From assembly GCA_001179505.1 (NCBI GenBank), contig CDMY01000302.1:62001-126000 (forward strand): a DNA stretch of 64,000 nt, written 5' to 3'. Shown here one piece after another: positions 37,861 through 50,794 of this stretch. The translations under genes were made by a program, and so were the position numbers. This stretch comes from Vitrella brassicaformis CCMP3155. Its lineage: Eukaryota; Protista; Chromerida. The notes under the pieces are model-generated. The model ran no database searches. It was not told the DNA's origin and saw only the letters and a list, made by a program, of their open reading frames with translations. Position 1 is the stretch's first letter. Every line of letters begins with the position of its first letter.

Positions 37861-37889
37861 ACCGATTCCCCTGGTCAAGACAATGGCGT

Positions 37890-40045
37890 GTGACACTATA
37901 TATGCTGTGTCTGTCTGCTGTGTGTACATCATGGCCAAGTACTGCTTGCCCAGCGCGGCGATCTCAAGGTCCCTCTTGATGGGCAGCAGGGGCTTGATGA
38001 ACTGCACACACGCATACACACAGACATGGCAGTCAATGCTCGTTCGTTTTTTTTTTCCTCTCTGTCCTGCCTCTTGTGAGTGTGCCCACCCGCCCACCTC
38101 GTCGCTGGCATCTGACCGGACCGGCCCGTCGAGCGTCGCAAGCGTCTCGTCCACGATGAAGTTGACGCCGTCGTGTGGCATGGTGGGGCTCTCCGACAAC
38201 TCGGCCAACACCTGGATACCCACACACACACAGACAAAGAGACAGAGTCAGTGGATGGATGGATGGTGTCGAGTATATGTCCACACCGACCTTGACGACG
38301 TCATAGTTGTGTCGCTCGACAAGGGCGAGCGCGTCACCGAAGTTGGGGACCAGCTTCGGGCAGTTGGCCCCGCCGTTGATCAGCCCCGCGCAAACCCACA
38401 CATACCTCACACACTGCCCTACGACGTCTGCAAAGGTGTGTCAATCAAGTACCGAGTGAGAGGCCCGGGTAGTTGTCGATGATGTATTGACAGGCCCTCA
38501 CGGGGAAGGTCAAGTCGGCGATGCCGTCGGCCGGCCCAAACCGAGGAGGGATTCTCAGGCAGGGGAGAGGGGGGAGGTCCGAGAGCCCCCTCCTGCTCAG
38601 GCAACGGGAGGGGGGAGGAGGGGCCCAGAGGTGGCAGCAGCTGCCACGCGGAGGCTCACGGGACAGAGGAGAGGAACGGAAACCGGGGAACAAGGCAGCC
38701 GGTCAGGGGGCCGAGAGAACGCAGCGTCACGAAGAAAGCAGCAAGGGAACGTGCATAGGACGGATAGACCAGTGTGGGGCGGCCTGTCACGCGTCGACGA
38801 GTGCAGTGCCTAAACCCCGGAGGAACGGATCTGCGTCACTGCGTCACTATCTGAAGACAGACAATTGCACACTCGGGTGAGTGGGCGGGTGGCTGGATGG
38901 GTGGCGCGTGGGCACTTACGATGAGGCGCCACACGATGACCCACGCCCACATGATCCAGCCGCCCTTGCACTTTTTGATGATGAAGATGATCAGAATTCT
39001 GCACTCACACACACACACACACACACATCCATGGCCGTCGTGTGGGTGGGTGGATCGTCGCTCACATGATAATGATGATCCAGCCATCGCAGCAGCACAG
39101 CAAGATTGGGCTCTCCTCCCCCTCCCCCCCTCGCCCTCCATGCCGGCCCTCAGCGCCTTGGCCGCGCACTCGAGTGCGGAATCCCCGCCGGCGAAACACA
39201 CGCGGAGCTCATTCTGGGTGGCCTGCAGCCACTGCACCCACACAACACAACACAACACAATCAGCACGAGAGCAGGACATGGATGGAAGAACGTGTGTGT
39301 GTGGATGGTTTGCGTGTTTGTGTGCGCACGTCGACGAGCTCGTGGAAGTGTGTGAACTTCTGGGGCCGCCTCTTCCAGAGAAACTCCCTCTCCCCCTCCA
39401 GCAGCAGCTTCAAAATGTCTGGCTTGGCCGTCCTATCCATCACACCCACCTGCGCACCACCCACAACACACACACATATAGGATGGATGTGGATGGATGG
39501 ATGGATGTGTGTGTGTGTCTGCTGACCCCTGTGTGGCGGCCAGGTCTGTCGAAGAAGTTGTGCATCAGCTCGAAGTAGAAGTCAGGGAAGGACTCCTTGC
39601 CACTGAGCTTGAAGCGGTTCTTGAAGTGGCGGACCAGGCCGTCGTACTTAAAACAATGAGAATCGAGCTGACACACCACACACACATAACACACACATAT
39701 AGCACATACCAGCCCTGCCCAACCTCTCCCACCCGCCGGCCCGCTTGCCTGAATGATGGTTGTCTCGTGCAGGTTGGGATATCTCTGCAGAACCCTTATC
39801 CTCTCCTCCTTGGCGCCAATGCGCTTGAGGAACCCGTGGTCCACACACGACCCCTTCTCCCTGACGAATGCGGCCCTCCTCCTCTCCTCCTCGCACTCCT
39901 CCTCCATATCTGCCATCGAGGCGAGTAGCCGCTGCACCTCCGCCTCAGCCTCCTCCCTCCGCTGCCGCTCCTCTGCCAGCTCCTTATCTCTCTCAGCAAG
40001 CAGGGCATTCTCGTCTTCTTCCTCGTTGGGCCGCCTGCCGGCCAT
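37890..40045 (-). pseudogene. Uncharacterised multi-exon family, copy 2
   Basis: MAGRRPNEEE..REKGSCVDHGFLKRIGAKEE|LDSHCFKYDGLVRHFKN|TAKPDILKLLLEGEREFLW|WLQATQNE..SALEC|ILIIFIIKK..W|GPADGIAD|GLINGGANCPKLV|MPHDGVNFIVDETLATLDGPV|FIKPLL..LGKQY. Homologous to 32560-35226. Intactness was not established. Confidence 0.6.
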
Positions 40046-40777
40046 CGCCTGGTGGGATAAAGCGACGGAATGCACCACCAGAGTCCTACACGCACAGAGA
40101 GTGGATGGGGGGATGGATGGCATGTTCCTTATCTCGCTTCCTGGCACGACTGTATGTCATGCTGATGCCGTCTATGTTTTGTGTGGGGCCGTGAGTACAG
40201 TCTGTGCACAAATGCATACTTGTTCCTTTCATTCCTGCCGGGCCATCACGCTCTCCAATCTCCTTGTGCCGGTCTTGGTCGTTGAATTCTATTTGACAGA
40301 CTCTGAGCCGACCAATGCACACATGAAGCACGACTAATCTGACATCTTGAAGGACATGTGCTCGTGTCTCCCTCCTTCCTTCCCTCCCTCCCTCCCGCTT
40401 CGCTACCTTTCGCCATGGTTTCATGCGGCGCACCTTGCGCCATTTTCTCTGAAGGCAGACAAAGCAATGCAGCGTCCCAAGATGTCCTCGCTTGTCGCTA
40501 ACCCGTGTGTGCCACTATGACCAGCAAGTGACCGGACGACGTGTTCTTGTGTGTTGATCAGCCGCACACCTGGATCAAAAACCGCCCGAGCTGCTCCACT
40601 TTGCGGCACTTGGTCACCGCCGCTCCACCTTCATGCTTGACGAGCCGCCGCAGAATCGCTGAGACACACCCATGTGCAAGACAGTGAATGCTCGTCCGTA
40701 CACTGCGGCGTACGTCGAGTCCTTTCGGGACGTCCCACATCATCAGATCATATGCACTGCTGGCGGTGATTCCCCAC

Positions 40778-40830
40778 CTGGGGGAAGGCGCCGGCACAAA
40801 TGAAGAAGATGTTCTCGGTCGATGAAGTGC
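40778..40830 (-). other. Isolated 53-nt AG/GT-bounded exon resembling the ClpX/HslU NILFIxxGAF motif
   Basis: Reads GTSSTENIFFICAGAFPQ. No other ClpX/HslU exons were seen nearby. Confidence 0.3.
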
Positions 40831-42559
40831 CTGAATGGACAGACGAATAAGATGCTAAATCAACGCGTCCTCCGCCTCACCGAGGCTCGTCTTTATTTTG
40901 GTGCCATCCAACGGATGTTGGATTACCTGCCCAGCCCACGCAACAGAGTACGGAATGGATAGTCGCGAACATCTTCCTGAGACCGAGATGAACTACAGGC
41001 AATCGGTGCGAGCAAAGTGGACGGACATACCCACGGCGGTGGTGACCTCGACGTGGCTGCTGCAGTCCTCATGTGACTGAGAAGGCCACGCCGGCAATCG
41101 GCGGGACCAATATCCCGTCTGCGGACACAGCACACCACAATAGGCACACTCGTGGCTGCATGTATGTCTTCTTCCTCTCGCGCATGTGTGCGTGAGTGCT
41201 GTCTGTCTGGCTGTGTGTCCATCGGCTGTCCGATGAGAAGGTACGGTCGTTGATCGGAAAAGCCTTTGAAATATAAAACGTAGGCACCGATTGTCCTGAT
41301 GAAGAAAATGGTAAGTCACAAAATACATATATATATACTGTGTCTCTCCTTTGTACCTTCCTCTGCGCGCCCATTGACGCCGAATTTCTTCCTTGCACTT
41401 GATCTCGAGCGAGGGTCTTCCACCATTTTGCGGCATACATCCACCCACATGCACACACACATGACATCAAGCAGGTGTGTGTGTCCGTACGTTCACTTGT
41501 ACTTGGCAATCCCAGCCCGCCCACTCGCTCACCTGTCTGAGTGGTGCCGTCCTGCATTGCCGCCAGACCAGCCGCCCCGATCTGCCCGGCGGAGCATCTC
41601 CGAGACGAGACGATGGGAAGGGTGACGTCGAAAGTCGGGGCATTGGACCCACTTGTCCACCTTCTCGGGGAGGCCTGAAGGGAAGAGGGCACACATGCGG
41701 TCAATCCCAGCTAAGTCGCCTCTCCCTCTCTCTCTGTATGTCTGTGTGCCTGTCTGTGCGCCTGTCTGTGTGTCTACGAGTCAATCTTTCTTTGTGTCGG
41801 TTGTCCCGATCTCGCCCACCTGTTGCAGCCCTACGCCAAATGGCGTTCGGACGGCGATCATTCTGGGGTGGTTCAGGTGAAGCCCACCAAACAGGTAACC
41901 CAGCAGCGACTCCATGGCCATGTCCATGTGCTGCCAACACCACCGCCAACTGGAATCCATGACAAACAGTCGCCACTGAAACAAGACATTATGCCTACCG
42001 TGTTGTGTAGCCGATGCAGACGCACTTGCTGCCGCGAGCTGCACACCAGCACCCACACGCTCCCCTACAGTCTTGCGTTCCTCGTCGTCATCCTCGGTGT
42101 CTCTGCAGGACGCTTTGCGATACCTGACAAGCGCACATACACGAATTCACACACCGCCCACACACCCACAGATACACAGGCCCTCAGAGTGAGTGGTTTT
42201 CTTCTGAAAGAAGCACTCACTTCTCGGCCATCGTACTGGTGTGTGTTCGTGCTGTCCGAGCGTGTTGAAAATGGCGGCGACTGTGGCTGTCTGTGGGGAG
42301 AAGATCCGTGCCGGCCTTGTTCAGCAGCACAATCACATGGTGGCTCGACAGCTGCCACTCCACTCGAATCCCCTTCCCGCTGCTGATGGGGCTCCTCGTG
42401 CGAGAACCTGCAGAGTGACAGCACGGACAAAAATGGTCGGCCGTCAGTTGCCCGTTGCATAAGAGCTCACTAGTCAGACCTGTGCCACCTTCTGACAGAA
42501 AGAAATGTCTGCTGATCGACTCACCTGGGATGTCTGCCCTGCTGGTACTCTTCCCAGCT

Positions 42560-42770
42560 CACCTGATAATCGTCAGCGGTCTCGTCACCCAGTCGGGCGG
42601 CGCCGGATGAGAGGCGGTCTCAATACTCGTGGCCCAGCGTCTCGCGGATGACCGTCTTCTTGATCTCAATCAGGGGCTGGAAGAACGGCCAACAAGACAG
42701 CAGGCCTTTCTCCTTGTCTCCCTGTCTGCCTTTGCGATTGTCTGTCCTTAAATAGCTCGTCGCTCGTGGA
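42560..42770 (-). pseudogene. Uncharacterised family, copy 3 fragment
   Basis: DELFKDRQS...FQPLIEIKKTVIRETLGHEY*DRLSSG matches 33020-33190 (..LGHQYWDRLSSG). TGG has become TGA at 42620-42622 and there is an upstream frameshift. Confidence 0.8.
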
Positions 42771-43189
42771 AAGGATAAGAACGAATGTGCGTGTTCTCAT
42801 ACTGTGTCTTCAGTCCTACCTGTACGCGTTCAAGAAGGTGTGCAGCTCCTTGCTCAGGAGGAAATCAGCTCCTCCTACCCTGTTGTTCTGTGCTTTTTCG
42901 CCTTCTCTGGCTCCTCCCTGGCAAGGCCCTTTTGGCTTTCTCGTGGCTGCCTCGTGCTGAGGCCCACCGCCGATAGAGCAGACTTTATCCACCCGAACTG
43001 CCCGCTCGAGCCTGACGTCGAACTCCTTGCTGCGTGTAGTGAAATGCTGCGTCAGGCTTGACCTGCCGTCGTTGCTACGGCCCCACTCTCTCCTGCAACA
43101 CGACTACATCAAGACAGTCGGCAGCACACGTACCACTATCAGATGCCTGGACATTCACGGTCGTCGCTGCTGGGCTCCTCGCGCGACTA

Positions 43190-43870
43190 CCCCTCGTAGA
43201 AGCACGCCCTCTTGGAGAAGGTCTGGTCGGCCAGTTCCTTCATGGAGAGCTGCAGACAGAACAGAGACGGAAAGCAGTAAAAAGAAGTTTCGGTCTGAAA
43301 CGATTCGGTCGTTCGTACGTTCTGAGAGACGAAGGAAGATGCCATAGTAGAAGTGAAAGGGCTGGTGGGATCTACGTAGGGCATCAGGTCTATTCTATCT
43401 CGCACTTCCAGATACACCTTGTCGAGCACCTGGGCTGCGCTGCCCTTCAGCAAGGCATAGAAGCTGCTGCCCACGTCGCCCTACAGTACACACAAGGCGG
43501 TTTCGATGCTCTTTTTCCGCAAATGCGTGCGTACGCCGGGGTTCGAGCTTGATGGGACGGTTTCGTATGCCTCCCAATCGACCAGGAAAGACCTCTGACG
43601 GGGGATGTTGTATTCTCTGTCCACAAACAGACACACATACAACCGCAATACACACGCACTCGCGCAGAAAGACGCTCTTTCACTTACATGTATACTCACC
43701 TCACAGGTATGGCGGCGTCACCATCATAGAAATCAATCTCGTGGGAGCGAAAATCCCACGCTGGCGGTCCGATGTTGTCCCCACCACAGCCTCACGTCCC
43801 GTTCCCAGCGCAAGCTCTCCAGAGTGCGCGCGCTCGGATAACCGACCACCCAATGCTCAATCCAGACCTT
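43190..43870 (-). pseudogene. Uncharacterised gene, copy B of 3143-3868, with two homopolymer frameshifts
   Basis: IEHWVVGYPSARTLESLRWERDVRLWW[+1]DNIGPPAWDFRSHEIDFYDGDAAIPV|REYNIP[-1]PSEVFPGRLGGIRNRPIKLEPR. The last exon differs from that of copy A. Confidence 0.55.
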
Positions 43871-44066
43871 CATCTCTCAAGTCGAAAAGTGTGCACTGCC
43901 AGGCTTCACAGGACAGAAATTAAGACGCATCATCTGAGAGAATGGAGGCGCTGCCGATTTTGAAGTCCTGCATGACAATAAAAAAAGGCACGTCTCGTCG
44001 CCGTCTCAGCTCGCGAAAAAAACTCGACGCTGGGGGCCGCAAGCCTAGCTCACAATTTTCGAGAGG

Positions 44067-47000
44067 ATGGCGGAGAGCCGAGAAGAGGCGTACAGGGCAG
44101 CGTCGGACCGTTCGGTGGCCGCCGCAGCTGCTGGCGCCACTGGCAAGGATGAGACGGCGCCGGGTCTGGACGTGCAGCTGTTCGACACGGTGCAGGCGGC
44201 TCAGGAGAGAGATGAGGACGTCCATACATACGGGAAAGCGCATCAGTGGACGAATGCAGATGCCAGTATGGTTGATTTTTCTCGTCTTTCTCTCTCGCTG
44301 TCTCCCCTTTCAGAGTGAGCTTGGGTGGGCTGTACAACCTTGTCAGCGGGCTGAACACGAAGCGCTATGTGGTGTTGCTGATTGCTTATGGCATCTTCGT
44401 GTCCATGTTTGCCATCATCATCCTGTACAATAGACAAGTAGGCGTGTTGGAGGCGCGCGGCTCCCTCTTCCATGACTGTCTCTCTCTGCGCGTGTGGACA
44501 GGTGCCCCAGATGTTTCTGGTGCAAGATTCGCTGCTGGATCATTTCTGCCAGGACAACCTGCCCGTGCCCTTCAACAAAAACTACTTTGGGATGGGCACA
44601 GTCGGTCGGTCAGCAGTCTCACACAGTGTACATACACACAAACACAAGGTTGTGCCTGGGGTGCGTGCAGAGGACATGTGGGATTGGATTCACTTCCTGC
44701 TGACGCCGTCGGTCTTTGTACTGCTCCCGGGGGAGGACCCAACTACACGGGGGGTGTTCGTGCGCCAATACAACCGTATCATGTCCCCAGTCAGATTCAG
44801 ACAAGCCAGGTAAGGACAGAGGCCCAATGCAACATGGCAGCTGCCATCTCTCCTTTTCTCTCTGTGTGTGTCAGGGTCGTTGCCAACAGCACAGGGTGCA
44901 GTGTGCCTCTGAGTGCCACAAGGCTCGCAAGGCCATGCTATGTAGGGATGGATGGATGATGCATGAACCTGTGTGTCTTTTTCCCCATATCCCACACGCA
45001 GCCTGACTTCAGCAAGCCTCGGCAAGACACGAGCAAGATCCCCCAAACGGAAGAACCAGAACTGTGGCGAGACTCATTCCGTGAGTGCAATGGGATATAG
45101 AGAGCCCTCACATACAGACAGGCCGTCCTCGATGTGCCCGTGTCTCGTGTACGTCAGCCAATGGGTTCGGCGAGGCTTTGGTGCGACTTCAAAACGGGTC
45201 TCTCAGGCATCAAGTGAGTGACGATGTCTATCGCCAAAATGCGGTGTGGTTGGAAGTGGTGCTTGTCTTGGTTCAGGGGCGAGGAGGGGTACGGCAAGCC
45301 GTATGGCGGCAAAGCGCACCTTGTCGATGTGCCGCTGACGGTATGCGTATGTGAGTGGGCACACAGAGAATGGCAGAGATGGAGGGAGAGACACACTGCA
45401 GAGGGATGTCTGTATGGATCGATGGATGCAGTGTGACCCGATCTACATCACGGGCACTGCGGACCCCCGCGAGTGGCCATTCAACATGACCAGATACAAC
45501 TTCTTCAAACTCGATGGAAGTAAGTCAGCCGGGCACAACAGACGTATTGCCTACTTATCCTGTGTCTCAGATCAGCGTGTGTGTCGTGTGCTGGCGGAGA
45601 TGCAGAAGTCGGGATGGATCGACAGGCACACCCGCGCCCTGTCAGTCGAGATGAACTTCTACAACGCCAACTTTGACATCAGCACATACATCCGATTCCA
45701 GATCGACATCGGCGCGTCGGGACGCATTCACTCCTCTGTCAAAGTAGGTCTGCCCGGGAGTCCGGAAAGGCACATGTGTCTCTCTGTGTCCGTGTCTCTG
45801 TGTGTCTGTGCAGATGTACTCTGCGCGTCTGAATCCCTACAATCAGGCGTCGAAAACCGACAAGTTTCGGTTCTCGTGTGAGATAGCCTGGCTGCTAGGT
45901 GAGTGAGCACGAGCATTTGGTGCCATGTCTCTGCTTGGTTGTCGGTGTGCAGGTCTTCTGATGTACACTCGAGCTGTCTTCAAGAATCTCATTTCACAAC
46001 GTCTGGCTTATTTCGGGTAACAGAGCAAAGAGACCCACGGCCACAAATGGCCACACGGCGTGACGTGAGACACACAGGTCGTTTTGGAATTTGATCGAGC
46101 TGGTCAACCTGAGCCTCTACATCACCTCCATTGTCTATTGGTCTCGCTTTTTGCTCATTGGCAAGGAGAAGTTCAGAGAGCCTTCTGGTGCGTAGGCAAG
46201 GACGGATGGAGTGTGGGTGCCAGAGATGTGTGTCTGTGTATGTGTGTGCAGCTGAGTATTTCGACATGCTGCACATGATGCGGATCTTCAACTTCATCGC
46301 CACCTGTGCAGCGTGGAATATGGTCGTTGCTGTCGTCACGGTCCGCACACACCACAACACAACACGTCAATCCGCTTGATGTTTTGTGCCCACGTCTCCC
46401 CCTGTATGGCAGTTGTTCAAGTACCTGCAGATCAACAAGCGGATGAGTCTTCTGTGGGACGTGCTCTCGGCCGCTGGAAGAGACATCATCCCCTTCATGG
46501 TCACCTTTCGCTGTTTTTCCCTACTTGCTCCATGTCTCTCTTCTCTCTCCCTCTGTTGTGTGTAGGTTGTGCTCACATTAGTGACGATCGGCTTCACCTT
46601 TGCGGGCCACTGGCTGTTCGGCTTCCGCGTGCAGTCGTGGCACAACTTCGGCGCGTCCTTCTCGACTCTACTCAGAAGTAAGACAATGAGTCAATAATGG
46701 AGCCAGGGTCGATGCTGATGGTGTGTGTGTCGATCTTTCAAATAGGTATGTCTGGCGACTTGGACTACCAGCCGTTCAAGGTGCGTCGTGTCGTTGCTCA
46801 GAGAGGGAGATCGAGAGAAATGGGCCGTGTGAGCTGTCCTGGCTGTGTTTGTGCGTGTCTCAGATAGCAGCCCCCAACCTGGCCATCATCTTCACCGTTG
46901 CCTACATCATCATTGTCTCACTGGTCTGTGCACGAAAGAGACACAACGACGCCTAGCAAGTACACTTCTCTCTCCACCCCCTCTCTCTTTCTTTCCATTC

Positions 47001-48427
47001 TCAGGTGCTGACCAATGTGTTTGTGGCCATCCTCACCGACGCCTATCAAGACACACGCAGCCGAATGACGAAAGTCCAGGAGGCGTCAGAGAAAGCCGGT
47101 CAACGGAAAAAGCACGCAGACGTCTCCATCTCTCCATGCAATGTCGTCTTCGCGCTGATGCTCAGTGCTGCAGGGAGCACATACGAGCTGGTCAACAACT
47201 TTCTCATCTACATCTACCGAATACAGACGCTCTTCGACTCGTCAAAGGTAAATGGGTACGTGCATGTCTGCTGCCAAACACACCGATTCGCTCCACCCAA
47301 AACAGGAGAAGAAGTTTCAGTGGCGCAACGCCGAGGCCAAGCTTGACGCCATCAAGACGGACCCAGATCTCTATCAGGCACACGAGAACCTCAAATGTGT
47401 GTAATCAGCCACACATACACGTGCAGAGACGGATGGCGGCTTTCTCTTGTCTGTCATGTGTGTGTGTGTGTGTGTGGTGGTCAGCGTCTCTAAATAAGTT
47501 CAATTTGGACAAAGTGTGGACCAGGGTGCAGGGAGACATCGTGTGAGCTTACCACCACACACGGAAGCATGTCCACCCACCCACACATCCATCCATCCAT
47601 CCATCTGTCTGTGCGTGTGTGTGTGCGTGTGTGTGATTGTCCTCCCTCAGCTCTGGCAAGGAGGAGATGGTGTGGTGGGAGCTGGTCGAGACATTCGACG
47701 GAAACGAAGACGACACCGAGTCAGTCAGCGAGCAAAGGGGACAAGAAACCCAAAGATGATTGATTTGTATCTCTCCTTTCTCTCTGTTCCTGTCTGTCTG
47801 TGTGTCAGGACATTTGTCAAAAACCTTCGTCGCTTCCTCAGAATCGTCAAGGCCAAAAAGAACTACCAACAAAAGGTACGCACTGCAGCCACGAACGATT
47901 TGTGGCAATGCGACCCTTTTTTCCCACTAACATGAGACGCACAAACACGCGGGCGAGACACCTGTTTGTTGCAGATGGAGGACATGACCTTCGTGCCGAT
48001 GGTGGAGGGCGTCTTGCCCGCCGTGCCTGAAGACGAGCAGCCTGAGCAAGAGGTGGGTACAGACAGACAGGCCGGGACACAATCGAGACCTTCTCTCTTT
48101 GTGTGTCGTGTGTATCTTTAAATAGGAGGAGGAGACCAATCCACAAGTGAATGAGGTGCGCCAGATCATCACCCACCTCATCGCCGAGGTCACATTCCTC
48201 AACGAACAGCTGTCCCGGCTAGTGATGCCCGAGTGTTCAAGCAGCAGGCCGTCCCCTCACTTACATCGATTGCGAGGGCCACCGGGGCAGCTGCAGGGGC
48301 GGCGGCTGAGGAGCACCACGCAGCAGAAAGAGGGGCCGCCACCCTCAAGAGCATCCTGAGATCACAGAGGCCCGACGAGTCCTCGGGACCCTCAGAAAGG
48401 AAGGGGGGCAGATATCCGAATGTGTGA
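44067..48427 (+). CDS. Polycystin-2/PKD2 (TRPP)-like cation channel, multi-exon
   Basis: TM1 YVVLLIAYGIFVSMF, then the polycystin domain (WDWIH, YNRIMSPVRFRQAR, WIDRHTRALSVEMNFYNANFD), FWNLIELVN and LFKYLQINKRMSLLWDVL. These are followed by GFTFAGHWLFG..FGASFSTLLR, GDLDY and LTNVFVAILTDAY. Confidence 0.9.
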
Positions 48428-48797
48428 TGAGTGAGTGATGTGAGTGTGTGTATGTGTTGGAATGGGACTTTGACGACATACATTGGGCCATCTATGCGAC
48501 TTTGACGACATTTGGCCAGATATAGCATCATCGCATCGATGTCTCGGATATGCACACGCGTATAACCCAACCAGCAGCCCGGCTACTTAGTATACACACA
48601 TACGTATGCCGTTAGAAATCGACGCAGATCGTTGTCCCTCAAAAAAAGGGAAAAGATGATGCATTTCCGCTCGCAGGACCAACCAAATCGCATCGAGCCA
48701 GATCACTGTCTGTCACTTAACCAGGCCAGTTGGGCTTCAAAAAGGCAGCCCGACGCAGGCAGACAAGCTTAGAAAGGCAAAGGCCGTTCTTCCTTCG

Positions 48798-50794
48798 TCA
48801 CAGGTTGGCCAGCTCCTCCTCATCTTGAACGATGCCTTCTTCCATACCCTCTGCACCACAGACAGACAGACAGACAGGCAAGCGGAGGGAAGACAAAAAT
48901 CTCTCTGTCTGGCTGGCTTCCCCTCCCCTCCCCTCACCGAATAGAACAGTCGAAAGATAGCGCTCCGCGGTGTCGGCGACGACACACACGACAGCCGCTC
49001 CGTCAGCCGCTGCCTTTGCACATTTGACCGCACCGGCAACCGACCCGCCTCCAGATATCCCCGTGGCGATGCCCTCCTCTCGCGCAAGCAGTCGAGCCGT
49101 CTCGATGGCCTCCTCGTCGGTCACCGTCAGAACCTCATCAATGTCGTCACGGTGGCGGTGGAGGATCTGCAGACACAGACAGACAGACAGACAGGGAGGG
49201 AGGGAGGAATGTGACACATGAATACAGGCGTACGTCAGGCAAGAAGTCAGGGGACCAACCTGCACACGACACGTACAATCGCTTGATGGGGTGTGGTGTG
49301 TAGTGTTGTGTTGTGTGATGGATGTGCTCCCACCCATAGCTGCTCACCCTGTATCTTGTGAGGTGACCAATCTTGCCCAGACAGCAGGGCACCTTTTTGC
49401 GGCTCCACGGCAACCACCTGTTTGGTTGAACACAGGACACAACCAACCACTGGCATGTGCATGTCACTCAATCCGCGAGCAGCGTTTCTTTGGTAAGCGT
49501 GCCTTCACATCTGGCCGTGCCAACTGAATGGATGAGGCCATCCACACACACATAAACACGCACACACACAGAGAGAGAGGGAGAGAGAGAGGGAGCGTGT
49601 GTGTGTGTGAAGTGGTCGGATAGATCGACGCAGGGGTGGATACCTTGATCACGGAGCCGGCCCCCGTGATTGTGCCGCCCGTCCCCCAGCCAAGCACAAA
49701 GCAATCCAGCCGCTCCCCTGCAACCAACGCACACACACACACACACACACACACAACGCCAGTCAGGCAACAGCCGGCAACCGATAGCCTTATGGGATTG
49801 AATTGCTCCCTCACTCACTCACTCACCGACAAAGTCGGCCAGCACCTCTGGGCCGGTCGTCTGGCGATGATAAGTGGGGTTGGCTTCGTTGTCAAACTGA
49901 ACACCATCAGCAAAAAAGACAGAGAGGGACGCACAGACACATGCGCACCTCTCAGTCATGGTCACTCGTCCATCTGCTCACCGACCTGCCTTGGGAGAAA
50001 CCACCCAAATCGCTGCGCAAGCTCCTCTGCCTTTTGCACCTGTCCGAACGAGCAGCAGTGCTTCGTTGATCCATCGGTCTATCTGTCTATTTCGTGCTCC
50101 TTCCCTCACCATGCCGGTTCCCCGCAGCTCGCTCGGCGTAAGGACGACTTTGGCGCCATAGAACTGCATTAGCTTTCGCCTCTCGACGCTGAACTGCTCG
50201 CCCATGACGGCCACAAAGGGGTGGCCCTTGACGGCACAAACGGCCGCCAACGATATGCCTGACGACAGACAGACATTCATTGCGATGCAGTGTACCACTT
50301 CCTCCCTCGGTCCCTCCCTCCTACCTGTGTTGCCACTGGGTGGGTGGGTGGACACACAGGGGTGGGAAGAGTGAATACCGTAATCTGCAGCCTTCCTTTG
50401 TCTGACTGACGTCAGCGCTGGCTGACCTGGTGGCTTCGCACACCACCTGCCCGGGCCGCAGCAGCCCTCTCCTTTCCGCATCCTCGATTATCCCTATATA
50501 AACAAAGCACCACACGCAATCGACGCGTATGCATGTGTACAGCGGGCTGGCGGCGGGACCATTGCTCACCGATGGCAAGCCTGTCCTTGACTGAATGAAC
50601 AGACAGAGAGAGCAGGGGACAGCAAGACGCATGGATAGATGCATCGATCAGTGTCACTCACTGCACTCACCTGAGGCGAAGGGGTTGAACGATTCGACCT
50701 TTGCATAGATGGTCCTGCCGGCCGGCGACAGGCGGTTAAGGCGCACGACCGGCGTGTGGCCAATCGTCTTGAGAATGTTGTCGTACAGCGGCAT
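48798..50794 (-). CDS. cysK: Cysteine synthase (O-acetylserine thiol-lyase), no leader peptide
   Basis: MPLYDNILKTIGHTPVVRL..AKVESFNPFAS|VKDRLA (PLP lysine), EATS|GNT|GISLA, SVERRKLM, QTTGPE, GWGTGGTITG, HKIQG, AREEGIATGISGG and ADTAERYLST. Confidence 0.95.

Noticed and set aside
41400-42460. Exon-like minus-strand segments (e.g. LFVMDSSWRWCWQHMDMAMESLLGYLFGG)
   Set aside because: Probably part of the decayed cluster, but I could not assign a frame or family, so no feature is called.
48460-48520. gactttgacgacat repeated twice
   Set aside because: A short local duplication in convergent 3' UTRs with no further structure.
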